This document shows, in pieces, positions 1-11,229 of a DNA stretch of 40,210 nucleotides (the first letter of the stretch is position 1; each line of letters opens with the position of its first letter). Made by a program: the position numbers and the translations under genes. Source of the stretch: Octopus bimaculoides (Eukaryota); assembly GCF_001194135.2 (NCBI RefSeq), contig NC_068994.1, positions 14,042,764-14,082,973 of the forward strand. The letters run 5' to 3'. The notes beneath the pieces are model-generated. The model did not search any database. It was not told where the DNA came from and saw only the letters and a list, made by a program, of their open reading frames with translations.

Positions 1-280
1 TTTTGCCGAACCGCTAAGTTACGGGGATGTAAACACACCAGCATCGGTTGTCAAGCAATGTTGGAGGGACAAACACAGACACACTAACATATACACACAC
101 ATACATATACATATATACGACGGGCATCTTTCAGTTTCCGTCTACCAAATCCACTCACAAGGCATTGGTCAGCCTGAGGCTATAGTAGAAGACACGTGCC
201 CAAGGTGCCACGCAGTGCGACTGAACCCGGAACCATGTGGTTGGTAAGCAAGCTACTTACCACACAGCCACTCCTGCGCC
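1..280 (-). mobile_element. tRNA-derived SINE, family A (CORE-like), 5' half; continues off the window
   Basis: Reverse complement begins GGCGCAGGAGTGGCTGTGTGG (box A-like) and has GGTTCAGTC (box B-like), then CCTTGGGCACGTGTCTTCTACTATAGCC (CORE-like). Near-identical to the copy at 653-1050. Confidence 0.85.
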
Positions 281-328
281 TATATGTGGAAAGTACTTTA
301 AAAAAAAAAAAAAAATTTAATCTCATGG

Positions 329-479
329 TGTTAGGAAGAGCGTCCAGCTGTAAAACCCTTGCCAAAACAGACACAGTGGCATAAGGTACTTTTTCTACCT
401 GGCTGGCTCCTGTGAACCGTCCTACCCATGCATGCATGGAAGATGGATGTTAAATAATTATGATGATGATGATGATGAG
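329..479 (+). mobile_element. Diverged 3' tail of an RTE-type LINE or RTE-tailed SINE with (GAT)n end
   Basis: GTTAGGAAGAGCGTCCAGCTGTAAAA...CCCATGCATGCATGGAAG...(GAT)n matches the 3' UTR of the RTE copy at 18366-18935. Confidence 0.7.
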
Positions 480-497
480 TGTTGTTAAATTTAATGT

Positions 498-652
498 GTG
501 ACTGTGTGGTAAGAAGCTTGCTTCTCAACCACATGATTTTCAGGTTCAGTCCCACTGCATGGCATCTTGGGCAAGTACCTTCTATAGCCTTAGGCTGACC
601 AAAGTTTTGTGAGTGGATTTGGTAGACAGAAACTGAAAGATGACCCTCGTAT
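498..652 (+). mobile_element. Family A SINE head, diverged and 3'-truncated
   Basis: GTGACTGTGTGGTAAG...GGTTCAGTCCC...CTTGGGCAAGT...GGATTTGGTAGAC homologous to the adjacent copy. Confidence 0.8.
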
Positions 653-1050
653 GAGTGGCTGTGTGATAAGTAGCTTGCTTACCAACCACATGGTTCCGGG
701 TTCAGTCCCACTGCGTGGCACCTGGGGCAAGTGTCTTCTACTATAGCCTCAGGCCGACCAAAGCCATGTGAGTGGATTTGGTAGACGGAAACTGAAAGAA
801 GCCCGTCGTATATATGTATGTATATATATATGTGTGTATGTATATGTTTGTGTGTCTGTGATTGTCCCCACAACATCGCTTGCAATCGATGCTGGTGTGT
901 TTACGTCCCCGTAACATAGCGGTTCGGCAAAAGAGACCGATAGAATAAGTACTAGGCTTTCAAATAATAAGTTCTGGGGTCGATTTGCTCGACTAAAGGC
1001 GGTGCTCCAGCATGGCCACAGTCAACTGACTGAAACAAGTAAAAGAGAGT
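653..1050 (+). mobile_element. Near full-length family A tRNA-derived SINE (CORE-like), intronic in DDRGK1
   Basis: Box A/B-like motifs, CCTGGGGCAAGTGTCTTC CORE-like block, internal (TA/TG)n tract and GAAACAAGTAAAAGAG tail. More than 10 related copies in the window. CORE-type SINEs (OR1/OR2) are known from octopus; exact family identity not verified. Confidence 0.85.
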
Positions 1051-1301
1051 ATCATCATCGTCATGTAACATCTGTCTTTCATGCTTGCATATATATATAT
1101 ATATTTATATCTGTATGTGTTTGTCTTGGTGCCTCACATTCCTTGGTCTTGTCAATGATGGATGCTCAACTGCTAGAAATAGCAACGACTCCTCTCCTCA
1201 CCAGCAATATATAGAAAAACAGTGTCGAGAACTCTTAACTCTAAGCCCTCTCTCCCCACTTCTTCCTCTGCCACTAATCAGTATTTTATTGCATATTTCA
1301 G

Positions 1302-1358
1302 GAGCTCAAAGTTGTAATGCTGGAAGATTTGGCTCACCATTTCTCAATAAAAACACAG
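1302..1358 (+). CDS. DDRGK1: DDRGK domain-containing protein 1, penultimate coding exon
   Basis: TTTCAG acceptor at 1300-1301 and GTAAGG donor at 1359. The 57 nt encode ELKVVMLEDLAHHFSIKTQ, matching vertebrate SKVVLLEDLASQVGLRTQ. Phase 0, in frame with the next exon. Confidence 0.9.
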
Positions 1359-1689
1359 GTAAGGTTAACAGCTCTTTCTGATTCTTAATATATTACTGCC
1401 TTGTGTATTAAGCAAGTCTTGCTCCAACCTCTTCCTTACAATATAACCACCTCTGTGACAATCTTTCTACCCTAACTACGAATATCACAATCATTACTCA
1501 TCTATCATCATCATCACGATAATTAACATTATAATTGTCCCTGCTACCACCATGTTTTTTCCTTCCAAAGATTAAACAGCAGATTTATAAACATTATAGA
1601 CCTTCATTTCACTCTTCCTCAATCTAGTCCCTCACTCACGTCATCCGCCCCCATTCAAGCTTTGTCCAATCTCACCACAACCACACACT

Positions 1690-2345
1690 CCAATCCCACA
1701 CTCACTTTATGCAACTTTACCACAACCACGCTCACTCCAATCCTACACTCACTTCATCCCATCTCATTCTAGTCCCACTCTCACTTTATCCCATTCCATT
1801 ACAATCCCACACTCACTTCATCCAACCCCTCTACAACTCCACACTCACTTCACCCAACCTCACCGCACCCACACTCACTTCATCCAACCCCTCTACAACT
1901 CCACACTCACTTCACCCAATCTCACCGCACCCACACTCACTTCATCCAACCCCTCTACAACTCCACACTCACTTCACCCAACCTCACCACACCCACACTC
2001 ACTTCATCCAACCCCTCTACAACTCCACACTCACTTCANNNNNNNNNNNNNNNNNNNNNNNNNNNNNNNNNNNNNNNNNNNNNNNNNNNNNNNNNNNNNN
2101 NNNNNNNNNNNNNNNNNNNNNNNNNNNNNNNNNNNNNNNNNNNNNTCCCACACTCACTTCATCCAACCCCTCTACAACTCCACACTCACTTCACCCAACC
2201 TCACCACACCCACACTCATTTCATCCAACCCCTCTACAACTCCACACTCACTTCATCCAACTTCACCACACCCACACTCATTTCATCCAACCCCTCTACA
2301 ACTCCACACTCACTTCACCCAACCTCATCACACCCACACTCATTT
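1690..2345. repeat. 62-bp C/A-rich minisatellite (32+30 dimeric unit) in the last DDRGK1 intron; contains a gap
   Basis: Unit CCACACTCACTTCATCCAACCCCTCTACAACT+CCACACTCACTTCACCCAACCTCACCGCAC recurs at 1807 and 1869 and onward, with decayed edges. Confidence 0.9.
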
Positions 2346-2543
2346 CAATCCCACATTCAATTCATTCCAACTCACCACAATCCTACACTTATGTCATATT
2401 ACCTTACTCCAGTCCCAGTCTCACTCCACATTGACTCAAATACCATACATACTTCTCTCTGTCTCCTCATTTCCCCAAATCGACTTTCTTCCAAATTGGT
2501 TGACCGTTTCTGTTACAAATGTCCAACGTGGTCTCTTTCCCAG

Positions 2544-2780
2544 GAAGCAATTGATCGGGTGCAGTGTCTCCTTGGTGACGGCACATTGACTGGAGTCATG
2601 GATGACCGTGGAAAGTTCATCTACATCACCATAGATGAATTGCAGGCCATAGCAAAACATATCCAACAGAGAGGACGGGTATCAGTTCAAGATTTGGCTG
2701 TCTCCAGCAACAAATTGATTGAGTTGAATCCTAATAACGAACTGGCACAGAGACGTTTGCTGGGTGAAGCTTCAGCATGA
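2544..2780 (+). CDS. DDRGK1: DDRGK domain-containing protein 1 (UFM1 ligase adaptor UFBP1), last coding exon
   Basis: CTCTTTCCCAG acceptor at 2542-2543. Encodes [59 protein letters not shown]...*, with the DDRGK signature of the PCI/winged-helix C-terminus. TGA at 2778-2780. Confidence 0.95.
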   Translation, partial: EAIDRVQCLLGDGTLTGVMDDRGKFIYITIDELQAIAKHIQQRGRVSVQDLAVSSNKLIELNPNNELAQRRLLGEASA

Positions 2781-3007
2781 TACTTCATGGTTTCCAGCTA
2801 ACTGTATATGTCTATTTGTTTATGTTCATATATATATATGTAATTATGTATATGTGTTTGTGTGTTTATTAATTGGCAGAAGTTACAGATTGATTCCAGG
2901 GCTGAGAGTTTCGTGTATTGGCACTTATCAAACTGGTTTCCAGTTTTGAGCGTTACATTTATGTTGACCAGCTTAAATGATAACTATAATTTTCTGGACT
3001 TTTCTAG

Positions 3008-3013
3008 AATAAA
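3008..3013 (+). promoter_or_regulatory. Candidate polyadenylation signal for DDRGK1
   Basis: AATAAA about 230 nt downstream of the stop codon. Weak evidence in AT-rich DNA. Confidence 0.3.
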
Positions 3014-3156
3014 TTATATAAACAATTTCAAGGTTGCATGAATGTGTATTATTTCAAATGGTTTACTCATTAAGCATTTCACTCAGTAGATAGATATGCT
3101 ACACTAAAATAAAATAAGAAGAAAGGATATTTGTGCACATACATACATGCACATAA

Positions 3157-3205
<49 letters not shown>

Positions 3206-3599
3206 NNNNNNNNNNNNNNNNNNNNNNNNNNNNNNNNNNNNNNNNNNNNNNNNNNNNNNNNNNNNNNNNNNNNNNNNNNNNNNNNNNNNNNNNNNNNNNN
3301 NNNNNNNNNNNNNNNNNNNNNNNNNNNNNNNNNNNNAAGTGAAAATTACATAAAAAATACAATTATCTGTAAACTAGTTTCGAAATTAATATTTTCTTAC
3401 CGAAAAATATCTGTTTCTCATCAGTACAGACCGTTGAATAAATATAATTTATCGAATCGCATATATTTATATATACGTATCCAATAATCTTTTGAGATCT
3501 CAGATATTTTTTCTGAATCTCCTTGATTCTTTTAATGTACTTGTTCCCTGGTATTAAATTGATATTGATTAATATCCAATTTTTTACCCTATTGTTTTA

Positions 3600-3637
<38 letters not shown>

Positions 3638-3640
<3 letters not shown>

Positions 3641-4846
3641 GGTTGAGTAAAAAGTAAGCAACGTTTTGAACCATGAAGAATTTGTACCAGATTTTTGCAG
3701 AGTTTTGAATGTTTTTTTAAACATTTTTTCGCAATTGTCTGAATACAGGCATAGACTTGCCCAAATGCATCAATAAATTAACGCTGATATTTTTTTCACG
3801 GTTGTTATAATCATCTGAGATGGAACACTCAAAGCACAATATTCAAGCAATTTTTCTATTCAACTTCAAAAGAGGACATAAAGCAGCTGAAACTGCTTGT
3901 GATATCAATAAAACGTTTGGTGAGGAAATGACTGGTGAGTGGTCAGCTCGAAAATAGTTTAAATGATTTCACAGTGGAGACCTGAGTCTTGAAGACCGTG
4001 AGCATAGTGGACGCCCATCTGTCATCGATGACAGTCAACTAAAGACCGTCACTGAGAAAGATCCACATGAAACCATTTGAGAACTGGCAAAAAAAACTTC
4101 AAGTTAGCCAGAAAACTGCCTGCAACCATTTGCATGCGATCAGAAAATCAAAAAAGCTCAACAAATGGATACCATACAATTTGAATGAAAATCAGAAAAT
4201 GTGCAGATATGAAATTTGCTCATTGCTTCTTCTCTATAACCAGACCAATCAATTTCTTGACTGTATTGTAACTTGCAAAGAAAAGTGGATTCTGTACAAT
4301 AATAAAAAACATTCTTTGCAGTGGTTGGACCGAAATGAAGCACTAAAAATCTTCCCTAAACCCGAGCTCTTCAAAAAGAAGGTTATGGTGATTGTTTGCT
4401 GGTGTACTGCTGGACTCATCCACTATAACTTCTTAAAATCCAGAAAAACCATTACTGGAGAAACATATTGCTATGAAATTGCCAAAATGAACAAAAAACT
4501 GCTACTCCTCCATCTTAGACTGGTCAACAGAAGAGGGCCAATCATTCTTCATGACTGCTTGACCACACGTTTCACTAATGCCACTCCAGAAGTTGAGGGG
4601 ACTTAGCTACAAAGTTCTTCCCACCCAGCTTATTCCCCAGACTTGTCTCCTACCGACTACCACTTTTTCAAGCACCTTGATGGTTTCCTGTGAGAGAAAG
4701 AGTTCGAAAATTAAACCAGTGCTGAAAGTGCATTCAAAGATTTCATCAGCTCCGGAACTCCAGATTTTTATGTTACCAGAATAAACAAACTTTTAACTCG
4801 TTGGCAAAAATGTGTTGATCGTAATGGTACTTACTTTGATGAATAA
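3638..4846 (+). mobile_element. Decayed mariner (Tc1/mariner, DD34D) transposon; 5' TIR present, 3' TIR not recognisable
   Basis: TA followed by TCAGGTTGAGTAAAAAGTAAGCAACGTTTT resembles mariner TIRs. Transposase remnant follows. Confidence 0.85.
3820..4846 (+). pseudogene. Mariner transposase pseudogene (stops and frameshifts)
   Basis: MEHSKHNIQAIFLFNFKRGHKAAETA..., SLEDREHSGRP, KWIPYNL, TCKEKW (first catalytic D mutated), ILHD, YSPDLSPTDYH (4631), WQKCVDRNGTYFDE* (TAA 4844-4846). Confidence 0.9.
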
Positions 4847-4877
4847 AATTTTCACACCTAAAAATTAATAAATAAGA

Positions 4878-5203
4878 ATACAGTACAGAACTGCACTGTA
4901 TAACACATTAATTAAAATATCATCATCATCGTTTAACGTCTGCTTTCCATGCTAGCATGGGTTGGACAATATTAAAAGAAAATACGTAGTGTACCGTAGA
5001 TGAGTAAACAGAGAATTGCACAATACTGTATGGAAAACAAAATTCTGGAGCGAGTGTGTGGTATTGTTTTGCATTTGTGTGTAAAATAGATATATACAAA
5101 TTATAAAAAATATATACTGTACAATACTGTTTCTACTTCACGGATTTTCACCTATCATGGGAGGTTTTGAAACGTAACACCTGCGATAGTCGAGGGATTA
5201 CTA
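4878..5203. mobile_element. pogo/Tigger-like DNA transposon right-end remnant, interrupted by an RTE tail
   Basis: Ends ...CCTGCGATAGTCGAGGGATTACTA|TA, resembling CGAGGGAxTACTG|TA pogo-type termini. Confidence 0.45.
4921..4968 (-). mobile_element. Extreme 3' tip (~48 nt) of an RTE LINE
   Basis: (CAT)n CGTTTAACGTCTGCTTTCCATGCTAGCATGGGTTGGAC, nearly identical to the tails at 12965 and 18366. ATTAAAA on both flanks may be a target-site duplication. Confidence 0.8.
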
Positions 5204-5761
5204 TACAGGCAAATATATATCCATGTATACATGCATGTAGCTTCATGATTCGATGCAAGTTCCAGATCCAAGATAGGGAAAGTTCTAGATATGGTATTTG
5301 CATGAAATAACACAAATGGGACATGGAATTACATTTGTATAAATAGATAGACATTAACACACACTTAATTGGATAAGTTGGAGTCAACAAGGAGTACAGA
5401 GGAACATTTATTTGTAATCACTACAATTGTTTCCACGCAATGTGGTTCTCCAGGTTCACAGGTATTTAGTTATGTAACCATTTCCCTGCATTATGAGATC
5501 TTGTGTTTCATCAGGTGATATATAAATATTGTTTCTGTGTTCTGTAAGCTCAAATTTCTGGCTTCAACTGCATCCTTTTTGTCTGTCATGGCTATATGTG
5601 GTGGTAGTAACCACTCAGTATATCTAAATGTGTTTTGACCTTCAAGAATTCACCGGTCAACGGTGATTCCTGATGGGCCGGGGGTTTTCTCTTCATATCC
5701 TTAATTGTCTCTATCTACTAGGGTACTGTTGAGTTGGGTAGCTGGCAGCTCGATGTGCAAT

Positions 5762-6572
5762 AAAATAGCGTTAGCTATTGCTACTTCTGGGATTGCAACA
5801 ACATTACTACTCAGAGGTCGGACTGCCCATTCAGCATTCAAGTTACCTTTAGATTTATCTAACAAAGAAGATCCAGTTTGTAATATATCTAAAACTTCTG
5901 GAATGAGTAAACTAATACAAAGATGTTACTTAATTGTCTGGAACGAATGTACCATTGCCCACAAAAATGCTTTTGAAGCTGTGGACAGAACATTACGAGA
6001 CATTAAAAATTGTAATTCTATGATGGGAAATGTCACAGTATTATTGTCAGGAGACTTTCGACAAACACTACCAGTTGTCCCAAGAGGAACAAAAGTGGAT
6101 GAGCTCATTGCATCAATAAAGTCTTCTGTATTATGGCATCATGTGAAAAACACTTCAACTTTCGACAAATATGAGATCAAGGCTTTCAAAAGATCAATCA
6201 GCTGAACTATTTGCAGAGCAGCTTCTGAAACTCAGAGACGGGAGAGTTCCAATTGATGAAGAACAATTTCTTACACTAAATCCAATATGTAATTCAACTG
6301 ATTCCATCAATGATTTGGTAGCTGAAATCTTTCCTAATCTTCTTCATAATTACAACAATACACATTGGATTTATGAGCGAGTTATCCTGGCTCCAAAAAA
6401 CGTTGCTGTACATAGCATTAATAATATGCTATTGAATAAACTTCTGGGAGAAATATTCACTTGTAACTCAATTGGCAGTGTTGTTGATGATCAGGATATT
6501 GTTAACTACTCCATCAAATTTTTGAACACATTACAACTACCAGGTACAGCTCCTCATTGTCTTCATGTATGA
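5762..6572 (+). pseudogene. Helitron-type PIF1 helicase remnant
   Basis: IALAIATSGIATTLLLRGRTAHSAFKLPL, LIVWNEC (DE mutated), LLSGDFRQTLPVV and ILAPKN are PIF1/Helitron helicase motifs. Frameshift near 6170-6200; truncated at both ends. Confidence 0.9.
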
Positions 6573-6732
6573 AATTGATCTTTTTTCTACTTCAATTATT
6601 ACATATTTTGCTCTTATAAAAATACACACATACAAGAGGAGTAAATTATATATATATTAATACTTTAAATGTGGCATGTGGCTCCCAAGAAACAGTAAAT
6701 GTAATTACCCAATCAACGATGAATATTACTGC

Positions 6733-6821
6733 TAGTGTATGTATATATATATGCATATATATGAATATACATATGTATATATGAATATATACATATGTAT
6801 ATATATATATATACATATGTA

Positions 6822-6866
<45 letters not shown>

Positions 6867-6885
6867 ATATATATATGTATATGTA
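6733..6885. repeat. (TA/TG)n compound microsatellite
   Basis: Direct reading. Confidence 0.9.
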
Positions 6886-7200
6886 ACAAAGAAAACAAGA
6901 ACGTAACAGGTGACAACAAAACATCTGGACAGTTAGATGATACAAAAAAGGACAGGAAAAGAAGGATGGGTCATTTAGAGTTTTCTATCTTCAGTTGAGT
7001 TCCAAATTTTCTCAGCAGTTTCGGCTGGTTACACTCAAGACTGCTCCAATCTGGCCGACCCCAAGAAAATCTAAGGTAAGAGCACTAGATTCCTTGGAAG
7101 GAATAAGCTGGCATGTGTGGAAGTGAAGCCTTATGGCAGGGACATAAGAGACAAAAGTCATGGGAAGGAATATAGATGCTGCACGGATGATAGTTGAACC

Positions 7201-7418
7201 CACTGCCTGGAATCGAACTCTGAATTTTGGGGTTAGTAGCCTGTGCTCTTAACCACTATATCATATGCCCGTGGGCATATGGCGCAGTAGTTAAGAGCGT
7301 GGGCTACTAACCCCAAGATCCCGAGTTCGATTCCAGGCAGTGACCTGAATAATAATAATAATAACAATAACATTGAAAAATACCTTAGGAATGAGAACCC
7401 AGGTTCGAAATTTCTCCA
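7201..7418. mobile_element. Family D tRNA-headed element as a head-to-head palindrome, 3'-truncated
   Basis: Left arm 7201-7270 is the reverse complement of right arm 7273-7342, centred on CATATGCCC-GT-GGGCATATG. The right arm continues with (AAT)n and AATACCTTAGGAATGAGAACCC, as at 26268-26460. Confidence 0.85.
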
Positions 7419-7539
7419 AATAAAAAAACAAAAAAACAAACGACAAATCCTAACAAGAAATATTAGTGTACTTGGTTTTCTCAAAGTAATGATCCAGTAA
7501 AAAGCAGAATTCTAGTTTAAGCATCCCATATAACGCATC

Positions 7540-8365
7540 ATAACTTTTTCATTATTTGGAATTTTCAGAAAGTTTTTGCGAATTTGTGTTCTACACACGA
7601 GAATTCATACGATCATATATATATATATATAATAATATTAGGGGACAAAATCCAAAATTACAGGTAAAAACTCAATTAAAATCAATTNNNNNNNNNNNNN
7701 NNNNNNNNNNNNNNNNNNNNNNNNNNNNNNNNNNNNNNNNNNNNNNNNNNNNNNNNNNNNNNNNNNNNNNNNNNNNNNNNNNNNNNNNNNNNNNNNNNNN
7801 NNNNNNNNNNNNNNNNNNNNNNNNNNNNNNNNNNNNNNNNNNNNNNNNNNNNNNNNNNNNNNNNNNNNNNNNNNNNNNNNNNNNNNNNNNNNNNNNNNNN
7901 NNNNNNNNNNNNNNNNNNNNNNNNNNNNNNNNNNNNNNNNNNNNNNNNNNNNNNNNNNNNNNNNNNNNNNNNNNNNNNNNNNNNNNNNNNNNNNNNNNNN
8001 NNNNNNNNNNNNNNNNNNNNNNNNNNNNNNNNNNNNNNNNNNNNNNNNNNNNNNNNNNNNNNNNNNNNNNNNNNNNNNNNNNNNNNNNNNNNNNNNNNNN
8101 NNNNNNNNNNNNNNNNNNNNNNNNNNNNNNNNNNNNNNNNNNNNNNNNNNNNNNNNNNNNNNNNNNNNNNNNNNNNNNNNNNNNNNNNNNNNNNNNNNNN
8201 NNNNNNNNNNNNNNNNNNNNNNNNNNNNNNNNNNNNNNNAGAAACAGTGGAAATTTTAGGATTTCTGGTGGTGGTGGTGGGTTTAAAAGATAACAGTTGT
8301 TTTTCATAATCGTTTGAATTCTCGTGTGTGGAACAGAAATTCGCAAAACTTTTCTGAAAATCCCA
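7540..8365. repeat. Unclassified dispersed repeat in inverted orientation around a gap; third copy at about 9500-9580
   Basis: TTTTCAGAAAGTTTTTGCGAATTTGTGTTCTACACACGAGAATTC (7562) has its reverse complement at about 8315-8360 and a direct copy at about 9532. Confidence 0.6.
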
Positions 8366-10609
8366 CCCTCTCAAAAAAATCATGGAGTTGTAAAGGATTG
8401 CCATTTATGTAGTGAAAGTTTGTGAAAGAAATTAAAAGAAAATAATGAATAAAGATTAGTTTATGTGTTTAATCTGTGAATGACGAAAACAAGTTTTTCT
8501 AAATGCAGCAATATTATGCTTTAAGCAACAGATTGAGATAAAATTAAAATCTGTTTGTTCTTTGTATGACTTAACTGTTATTGGTCATTATTTTGTAAGG
8601 GATACTTTTAACCTATTCACCGCACATTGCCCGCCTCATAACTTTTTTTTTTCACAAATATTATTGTATTTCTGTGCAGAAGCTTAAAATCTCATTTTTA
8701 TTTTAAATCTTTGTTATTTGATTCTTCGATCGCTCATAAAGACTTACAACATGACACACTCATACAGAATGGAAGCAATGTAGAAATTTCTTGAAAGTAG
8801 GGAAAATTGTTTGTTACTTAACGAATGAACTTTATTTTGACTTAAAAACTCATAAAACATCTTGTTTTTAAATATACGTCTTCATTGATCACACAGTCAC
8901 ACACGTCATTAATTTGCTCGAAGTGCGTGTGCGAAAGAAAGAAAGAATTACATCGACATAAATATACTAATAGACACTGATGTATACATAGAACCTCATT
9001 TATCCATCAATAATTCGTTTATATACCTATTATACCTGGTTATATATATGCACAAATAATTTTTTACATATAATATATGCTGCTAAAATACGCACACAAA
9101 TATAGTCACCAGAAATTCATTTATAGGCATAAACAAACTATTAAAGGCATCATCATGCCTGCAAGATGCTACATCTCAATAAATGAATTTACAGAATATT
9201 TGGGAGAGACAGAAAAAAAAGAAAAAAAGACTGAGTAATACAAACTCGAACTGTAACAGGCATCAATAAAAACTTCACATTTAATCATATTTAATTCAAG
9301 CCACAAAATGAATCACAAATAACTTCTTGGAACGTTTCGCAGAGTCCAAAGTTCCATTAAACGGTAAGTAGGAGGAACTTTCGCAGAAAACAAATAGAAA
9401 ATAGAAAACTTTCTCCCTTTTTCTGCATTTTGTATTTAATAAAAAGTTTCTCTTTATTAGACGAGACTTAGTAGCGGAATCCTGCTTGAAGCACTCCATA
9501 TAACTTCTCGTAACTTTTTATTTTTGGGAATTTTCTGAAAACTTTTGCGATCTTGTGTTCTACACACGGGAATTCATATGCAAGAGAAAAAGAAGAAAAA
9601 AACCCCCATTTTTTTTTTGTGTGTGATTTAAGGGCGATTTATATGTTATATTTAGCACATCTCATGACTACCTGGTTGGTATCCTCTTCATCTCTTTGTT
9701 ACGCTGACTAATTGATGTTTTACAATATATTTCTCCCCATAAACTCATTTAATAGTGTATTGCTGAGATTAAGCAAAACATTTGGACTGTCCGTATTGTT
9801 AAACNNNNNNNNNNNNNNNNNNNNNNNNNNNNNNNNNNNNNNNNNNNNNNNNNNNNNNNNNNNNNNNNNNNNNNNNNNNNNNNNNNNNNNNNNNNNNNNN
9901 NNNNNNNNNNNNNNNNNNNNNNNNNNNNNNNNNNNNNNNNNNNNNNNNNNNNNNNNNNNNNNNNNNNNNNNNNNNNNNNNNNNNNNNNNNNNNNNNNNNN
10001 NNNNNNNNNNNNNNNNNNNNNNNNNNNNNNNNNNNNNNNNNNNNNNNNNNNNNNNNNNNNNNNNNNNNNNNNNNNNNNNNNNNNNNNNNNNNNNNNNNNN
10101 NNNNNNNNNNNNNNNNNNNNNNNNNNNNNNNNNNNNNNNNNNNNNNNNNNNNNNNNNNNNNNNNNNNNNNNNNNNNNNNNNNNNNNNNNTTTTCTTTTCT
10201 TTTGTAGCCCCCACTTTACTAAGTTTACAGGAGCAGGCAATTCTAGGCAGGTGCCCCCTGACTTTGTTTCTGCATAACTTTCTGACAAAAAAAAAAAAAA
10301 TTAAAAAATGCATGTTTTCCCAATGAAATTGAAGTTAATGTTTCAAATATATAAATCAAATATATTATTAGAAGTGAAAATGCTCAAGTTATCGAAATTG
10401 ATACAAAGTTGGGGTGGGGGTGGGTTTGAAGTTGAACGATCCGAAATTCCCCTACAAAAAAAAAAAAAAAAGACAAGAAAACCGAAAAATTCTCAATTTT
10501 ATCCGCTCGTTACAAATGTACACATCAAAAGCATATTTCGGCAAAATGTCATTAAAAAAATATGCATTTTTCAGAATGCTATTACGAAACAGTCAAAGCG
10601 AGAGGTATA

Positions 10610-10786
10610 TCTTGTTTCAGTCAGTAAATTGCGGCCATGCTGGGGCACCGCCTTGAAAAATTTTAGTCGAACGAATCGTTTCCAGTACTAATTTAAAAAA
10701 AAAAACAATCATACTTATTGTATCAGTTTCTTTTGCCAAACTGTTATGTTACGGAGACGTAAACAAACAAACACCGGTAGTCTCGT
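10610..10786 (-). mobile_element. Diverged family A SINE 3' part
   Basis: CTTGTTTCAGTCAG...GCGGCCATGCTGGGGCACCGCC...TTTTGCCAAACTG...ACGTAAAC. Confidence 0.7.
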
Positions 10787-11229
10787 AATGATTCACTCTA
10801 CATACAGAGGCAGTTACTTTTGTAACATTTTACCAATTAAAAATACCCCTCACGCACACAAACACGCGCCCTCACACACATACTGACTTAACACAAAGGT
10901 GCCACATTAGACATTACTATTAGGTTTTCTTGCTGCAGGCGTTCCTAAGTATTTCTCCCTGTTTGTCTCTCATACTTTTTATTAATGTCATTCAATGACC
11001 CGTGGCCATGCAAAAGGGTACCCGTTTTCTTAAAGGTTCTTTTTTACAAAAAAAGAGTACAAGGCCGTTATTGATCCTCGACCCCGTTTTAACTTTAATT
11101 TAACTACAGAAAGAAATGAGTAGTTTTCGTTTTGGGTTTATATTTGTTTTTCTTTCCTCTTATTAATTTATATATTCAGATATGCGTTTTGTTTTCGAAT
11201 GTTGGCAAATAGTCTTTACTATATAAATA

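Noticed and set aside
1690-2345. CRISPR-like repeat-spacer appearance (CCACACTCACTTCA recurring every ~31 nt)
   Set aside because: The intervening segments alternate between two fixed sequences rather than unique spacers, the context is eukaryotic, and there are no cas genes.
1709-2434. 241-aa His/Pro/Thr-rich ORF
   Set aside because: It is a translation of the 62-bp minisatellite plus an N gap, inside a DDRGK1 intron.
4846-4870. 3' TIR of the mariner element
   Set aside because: The sequence after the stop codon does not match the reverse complement of the 5' TIR beyond a few bases; the end is deleted or overwritten.
5646-5669. Hairpin GAATTCACCG-GTCAA-CGGTGATTC as a Helitron 3' terminus, and CTGATG at 5670 as a hammerhead
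   Set aside because: It lies upstream of the + strand helicase remnant with no CTRR end, and no GAAA box follows the CTGATG.
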